Below the pieces are notes generated by a model. It searched no databases, was not told the DNA's origin, and saw only the letters and a list, made by a program, of their open reading frames with translations. DNA of 42,784 nucleotides from Candidatus Hodarchaeota archaeon (GTDB lineage Archaea > Asgardarchaeota > Heimdallarchaeia > Hodarchaeales > Hodarchaeaceae): positions 1-42,784 of the forward strand of contig JAEOTQ010000068.1 of the NCBI GenBank assembly GCA_016839785.1, in the 5' to 3' direction. Below are positions 39,199 through 42,784 of this stretch, one piece after another; position 1 is the stretch's first letter; the number at the start of each line of letters is the position of its first letter. The translations under genes and the position numbers were made by a program.

Positions 39199-40416
39199 TT
39201 ACTTTTCTCTTTCCAGATGCATACTTTTCAAATGTTGAGCAAAACGCTTTCCGAGCTCTTCCCCTTTTTGGAGATCTTCTAGCGTTGGACCTCCCTGCCA
39301 TTCGAAAAATTCGAGGAGATTCCATTTCAGTTTATCTAACCGTGGTTCAAGATCACGTTGCGCTCCACCGGACCAGCCGTAACTTCCGAAACGGATGACT
39401 TCCTTATTTATTACACGTTTAGAGGTTGCGATATCTAATACATAGGCCATTGGGGGAAATAATTTAGCTTCATACGTCGGTGTTCCAATGACGACTCCTC
39501 GATACTTCCAGAGATAAGGGAGAATATAACTGACATGTGTTCGGGCGACATCGAAAATTTTAATTGGGATTCCTTCTTGCGAGAGTCCTTGAGCCACAGC
39601 TCCCATTAGTTTTTCGGTATTTCCATACATTGACGCATAGAGAAATGTAACTCCTTCTTCCCCTGCAGTCTCAGTCCCATAGCGTGCCCATTGTTCATAC
39701 AGATCTATAATTTCTTTTGGATTTCTCCAGATGAGGCCATGTGATGGCGCAATTATTTTGATATCTAAATCTTTTAACAAGTTAATTGCTTTTAGAGTAA
39801 AACGACTGAACTTTGCAACAATATTAGAGTAATAGCGTAGAGCTTCCTCCTTATAGAAGTCTAAATTCTCATATTCATCAGCAAAGATTGATCCTCCTAA
39901 GGCCCCATATCCACCAAATGCATCACATGGAAACAGGATTTTACTAGTTCGTTCATAGGTGGCAATAGTCTCCGGCCAGTGAACAAATGGAATGTCATAA
40001 AATTCTAGGATATGTGTTCCTAGTTCAATTGTATCGCCTGTTTTTACAACTTTGAAATTTGCATCAAGGTGATAAAATTTTTCTAGCATTTGTTTTGTCC
40101 GTTCTGAGCCCACAAAGATAACATTTGGAGCAATTTTTTGCATAGTTTTGATCATACCCGTATGATCGGGTTCCATATGATTAATAATTACATAATCAAC
40201 AGTTGCAGGATCTACCACTTCTTCTATCTGACTTAAAAAATCATCAGTCTTGATTCCTTTGACTAAATCGATCAGTGCGACTTTGTTATCAGCAATGATG
40301 TACGAATTATAGGAAACCCCTTCTTTGGTTATAGGCCAGATTCCTTCAAAAAGGTCACTAGTGCGGTCATTCAATCCATTCCAGTATATATTGGGTGTAA
40401 TCTCGATACAAACCAT
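39199..40416 (-). CDS. fprA: Flavodiiron protein (FprA, A-type flavoprotein)
   Basis: SYNSY, NHMEPDH, VHWPE, CDAFG, PSHG and flavodoxin motifs SMYGNT, GSYGWSG; GAGGTGA before ATG 40416. Confidence 0.93.
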   Translation of the reverse strand: MVCIEITPNIYWNGLNDRTSDLFEGIWPITKEGVSYNSYIIADNKVALIDLVKGIKTDDFLSQIEEVVDPATVDYVIINHMEPDHTGMIKTMQKIAPNVIFVGSERTKQMLEKFYHLDANFKVVKTGDTIELGTHILEFYDIPFVHWPETIATYERTSKILFPCDAFGGYGALGGSIFADEYENLDFYKEEALRYYSNIVAKFSRFTLKAINLLKDLDIKIIAPSHGLIWRNPKEIIDLYEQWARYGTETAGEEGVTFLYASMYGNTEKLMGAVAQGLSQEGIPIKIFDVARTHVSYILPYLWKYRGVVIGTPTYEAKLFPPMAYVLDIATSKRVINKEVIRFGSYGWSGGAQRDLEPRLDKLKWNLLEFFEWQGGPTLEDLQKGEELGKRFAQHLKSMHLEREK

Positions 40417-40466
40417 AAAGGTCACCTCACTAAGCGGAGGAGAGAAAAAAAGGAAATGGGTGAAGA

Positions 40467-40601
40467 TTAGATTTCTTCAAAATCTTCTTTCGGAGCCCCA
40501 CATTCGGGACATACCCAATCATCAGGGAGATCTGCGAATTTTGTCCCCTCTGCGTCTTCGTCATAAATATAACCGCATATCATACATTCCCATTTTGCCA
40601 T
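40467..40601 (-). CDS. Rubredoxin (44 aa; absent from the ORF track)
   Basis: [44 protein letters not shown]. Confidence 0.95.
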   Translation of the reverse strand: MAKWECMICGYIYDEDAEGTKFADLPDDWVCPECGAPKEDFEEI

Positions 40602-40789
40602 AATCTTCAACTCTTAGTATTTCTTGCTATTTAGTGAGTTTAAACAAAACAAAGCCCCCAGCCAATTGCTCCCTTTTATATTATGTTATTCCAAGAAGAA
40701 TCCATAAAGCATTAATTTTTGATTTTATAAATGTTCTACAAAGTTAAAATCCGTTATAGGGTTCATTTTTCAGAGGATTGTGTATCTAA

Positions 40790-42646
40790 ATGAGTGAAGA
40801 GAGCAAAACATACGATTTTCAAGCGGAAATTCAAAAAGTTCTTGATATCTTGATCAATCGTCTCTACAAAAATCGAGAAATCTTTTTACGTGAATTAATT
40901 TCAAATGCTGCGGATGCGTTACATCGATTTCGGATCGTACAGCTTGAACAAAAAGAGGGAATACTAGATCCAGACCAAGAGCTGGCTATCCAAGTGTCCT
41001 TTGATGAAGATGGGAATACACTTACAATCACGGATTCTGGAGTGGGTATGACCTACGAAGAAGCCGTTCAGAATCTTGGAACTATCGCACAGAGTGGGAC
41101 TCTTGAGTTTCTGGAGGAACTTGACGATACTTCAGATGTTGCGAATCTAATAGGTCAATTTGGAGTGGGCTTCTACAGTGCATTTATTGTGGCCACTGAC
41201 GTAACTGTACGATCGAGATCTTTTACCACCGAATCTAAGGGAATTGAATGGCGATCTAAGGGAACGGGTAAATTTACAGTAACTCACTATGATAAACCTA
41301 CTCGTGGAACCGACATAATTTTAACAATGAAGGATGATGCGAAAGAATTTCTCAATAAATACAAATTGGAAACGATTATTAAGAAATACAGTGATTTCGT
41401 CGGGTTTCCCATTCGTATAGGTGATGAGGAAAAACCCGTCAACAGACAAACACCTATTTGGCATCAGCCAGAGGATGAGGTTAAAGATGAAGAATATAAC
41501 GAATTCTATCGACAAGTAAGTATGGATTTTACCGAACCCTTTCATAGAATCCGAATGAACGTAGATGCACCAATCCAATTTAAGGCATTACTATTTATTC
41601 CCAGTAGACGAGACCGTTCTATGACTTCTGTCCAATTTCAAGATTACGGTTTGAAATTATACAGTAAAAAGATTCTCATCCAAGAAAAGGCTAAAGACCT
41701 TCTTCCTGAATATCTACGTTTCGTTTTTGGGGTGGTGGATTCCGAAGATCTTCCATTAAATGTCAGTCGTGAAGTGATTCAAGTCGATCGCAATATTCAA
41801 CGGATTTCAAAATCAATTACGAAGAAAATCATTGAAGAGCTCGGCAAATTTACCAAGGAAGATGAAGAGAAATATCTGGAATGGTATGAGCAATTCTCGG
41901 TGTTCCTTAAAGAAGGGATTGCTAATGATCAAAAACGAAGGGAAAAGCTGCTTGAGCTTATTAGAGTGAAGACATCAAAATCTGAGGATAAACCTATTAC
42001 ACTTACAAAGTATGTTGAAGGGATGCCTGACGAGCAAGAGGAATTACTTTATCTTTTAGGAGAAAATCTACGATCACTTAAACAAAGTCCTCATCTGGAG
42101 CATTATAAGAAGCTTGACCAAGAAATCATTCTCTTTGACGAACCTATTGATACGTTCTTAATGATGCATGTAACTACATTCAATGAAAAACCATTTAAGG
42201 CAATAGATCAGGCCGAACCCGAACCTCCGACGGAATCCGAAGATGAAAAAGACGAAGATGAAGACAAAGAGGAGGAAAAGGAAAAAGATCCGTTCCTTGT
42301 AGGTATCAAGGAGATATTGGGTAATCGTGTCATTGATGTTCGTTTTACTGATGCACTCACGGATAGTCCATGTCGCTTACTTGGACAAGGGGCCGCAGCA
42401 TATTCACGGATGATGCGCTATATGACTGAAGATTATATTCCACAAGCAAAGATAATGGAATTAAATACAACGCATCCCATTGTCGTTGGATTAAAAAAGT
42501 TGTTTGAAAACGATCCAGAATCTTCTTTATTGAGAGAATGTTGTTTTCAATTACTTGAAAGTCAAGAATTGGCTGAAGGTAATTTAAAGGATGTTAATGC
42601 GATGATTGCGCGTACCACTGATTTTATGAAACAATTACTTGAATAA
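40790..42646 (+). CDS. htpG: Molecular chaperone HtpG (Hsp90)
   Basis: EIFLRELISNAADA, DSGVGM, NLGTIAQSGT, IGQFGVGFYSAF, DSEDLPLNVSRE. Confidence 0.96.
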   Translation: MSEESKTYDFQAEIQKVLDILINRLYKNREIFLRELISNAADALHRFRIVQLEQKEGILDPDQELAIQVSFDEDGNTLTITDSGVGMTYEEAVQNLGTIAQSGTLEFLEELDDTSDVANLIGQFGVGFYSAFIVATDVTVRSRSFTTESKGIEWRSKGTGKFTVTHYDKPTRGTDIILTMKDDAKEFLNKYKLETIIKKYSDFVGFPIRIGDEEKPVNRQTPIWHQPEDEVKDEEYNEFYRQVSMDFTEPFHRIRMNVDAPIQFKALLFIPSRRDRSMTSVQFQDYGLKLYSKKILIQEKAKDLLPEYLRFVFGVVDSEDLPLNVSREVIQVDRNIQRISKSITKKIIEELGKFTKEDEEKYLEWYEQFSVFLKEGIANDQKRREKLLELIRVKTSKSEDKPITLTKYVEGMPDEQEELLYLLGENLRSLKQSPHLEHYKKLDQEIILFDEPIDTFLMMHVTTFNEKPFKAIDQAEPEPPTESEDEKDEDEDKEEEKEKDPFLVGIKEILGNRVIDVRFTDALTDSPCRLLGQGAAAYSRMMRYMTEDYIPQAKIMELNTTHPIVVGLKKLFENDPESSLLRECCFQLLESQELAEGNLKDVNAMIARTTDFMKQLLE

Positions 42647-42673
42647 TAATCCATTTTCTTGACCGTAAATGAC

Positions 42674-42704
42674 AAGGAGTAACTCTCCTTCTCTTTTCCT
42701 TTCT
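42674..42704 (+). terminator. Putative terminator after htpG
   Basis: AAGGAG-TAACT-CTCCTT hairpin followed by a pyrimidine/T-rich tract. Confidence 0.45.
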
Positions 42705-42784
42705 AGCAATGTGAGTTCCAAACCCTCATTAGAGGGGGAATTCCTTGATTTTTCTGGACAATATAGGCTGTAAGAAATTTTTAC

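Noticed and set aside
40325-40603. Plus-strand 92-aa ORF
   Set aside because: Antisense shadow of the rubredoxin and the fprA start.
965-41578. Other short track ORFs overlapping well-supported genes (e.g. 965..1285, 16629..17102, 34657..35401, 35939..36710, 38406..38798, 41321..41578)
   Set aside because: Antisense or alternate-frame shadows with no recognisable motifs.
42235-42290. GAA/GAT-rich stretch as a DNA repeat
   Set aside because: It encodes the acidic linker of HtpG and is not an independent repeat element.

Overview
Low-GC archaeal chromosomal segment. An archaeal-type RadA, GGAG/AGGTGA ribosome sites, TATA-like promoters and many bacterial-type genes (HtpG, LuxC/LuxE, acyl-CoA dehydrogenase) suggest an Asgard (Heimdallarchaeia-like) genome; the taxonomy is an inference. 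No rRNA, tRNA, CRISPR array or transposase was recognised. The main feature is a ~24 kb DNA repair/recombination neighbourhood (4.7-29.2 kb). It has intact enzymes: a TPR-fused Hrq1/DUF1998 helicase, XPD, RadA and a GIY-YIG nuclease. Interleaved with these are many paralogues with altered catalytic motifs: Hef/FANCM-like, HerA/VirB4-like, two RecA-fold proteins, Cas4-like, MmcB-like, a zinc-metalloprotease-like membrane protein and an alpha/beta hydrolase. A ~1600-aa Ig-repeat surface protein (split by one in-frame TAA) and several membrane proteins lie in the same region. A 21-bp motif ending in ATATTTAAG occurs four times, upstream of radA, the Hef-like unit, a membrane protein and luxE-luxC. 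The ORF track missed three tandem ~52-aa paralogous small ORFs sharing a YLxYxG motif (37.2-38.0 kb), a rubredoxin, and N-terminal extensions of three genes that appear to need non-canonical starts. The right part carries housekeeping and redox genes (GT-C glycosyltransferase, parvulin, tmk, ACAD, glutaredoxin-TrxR fusion, AKR, FprA, HtpG).
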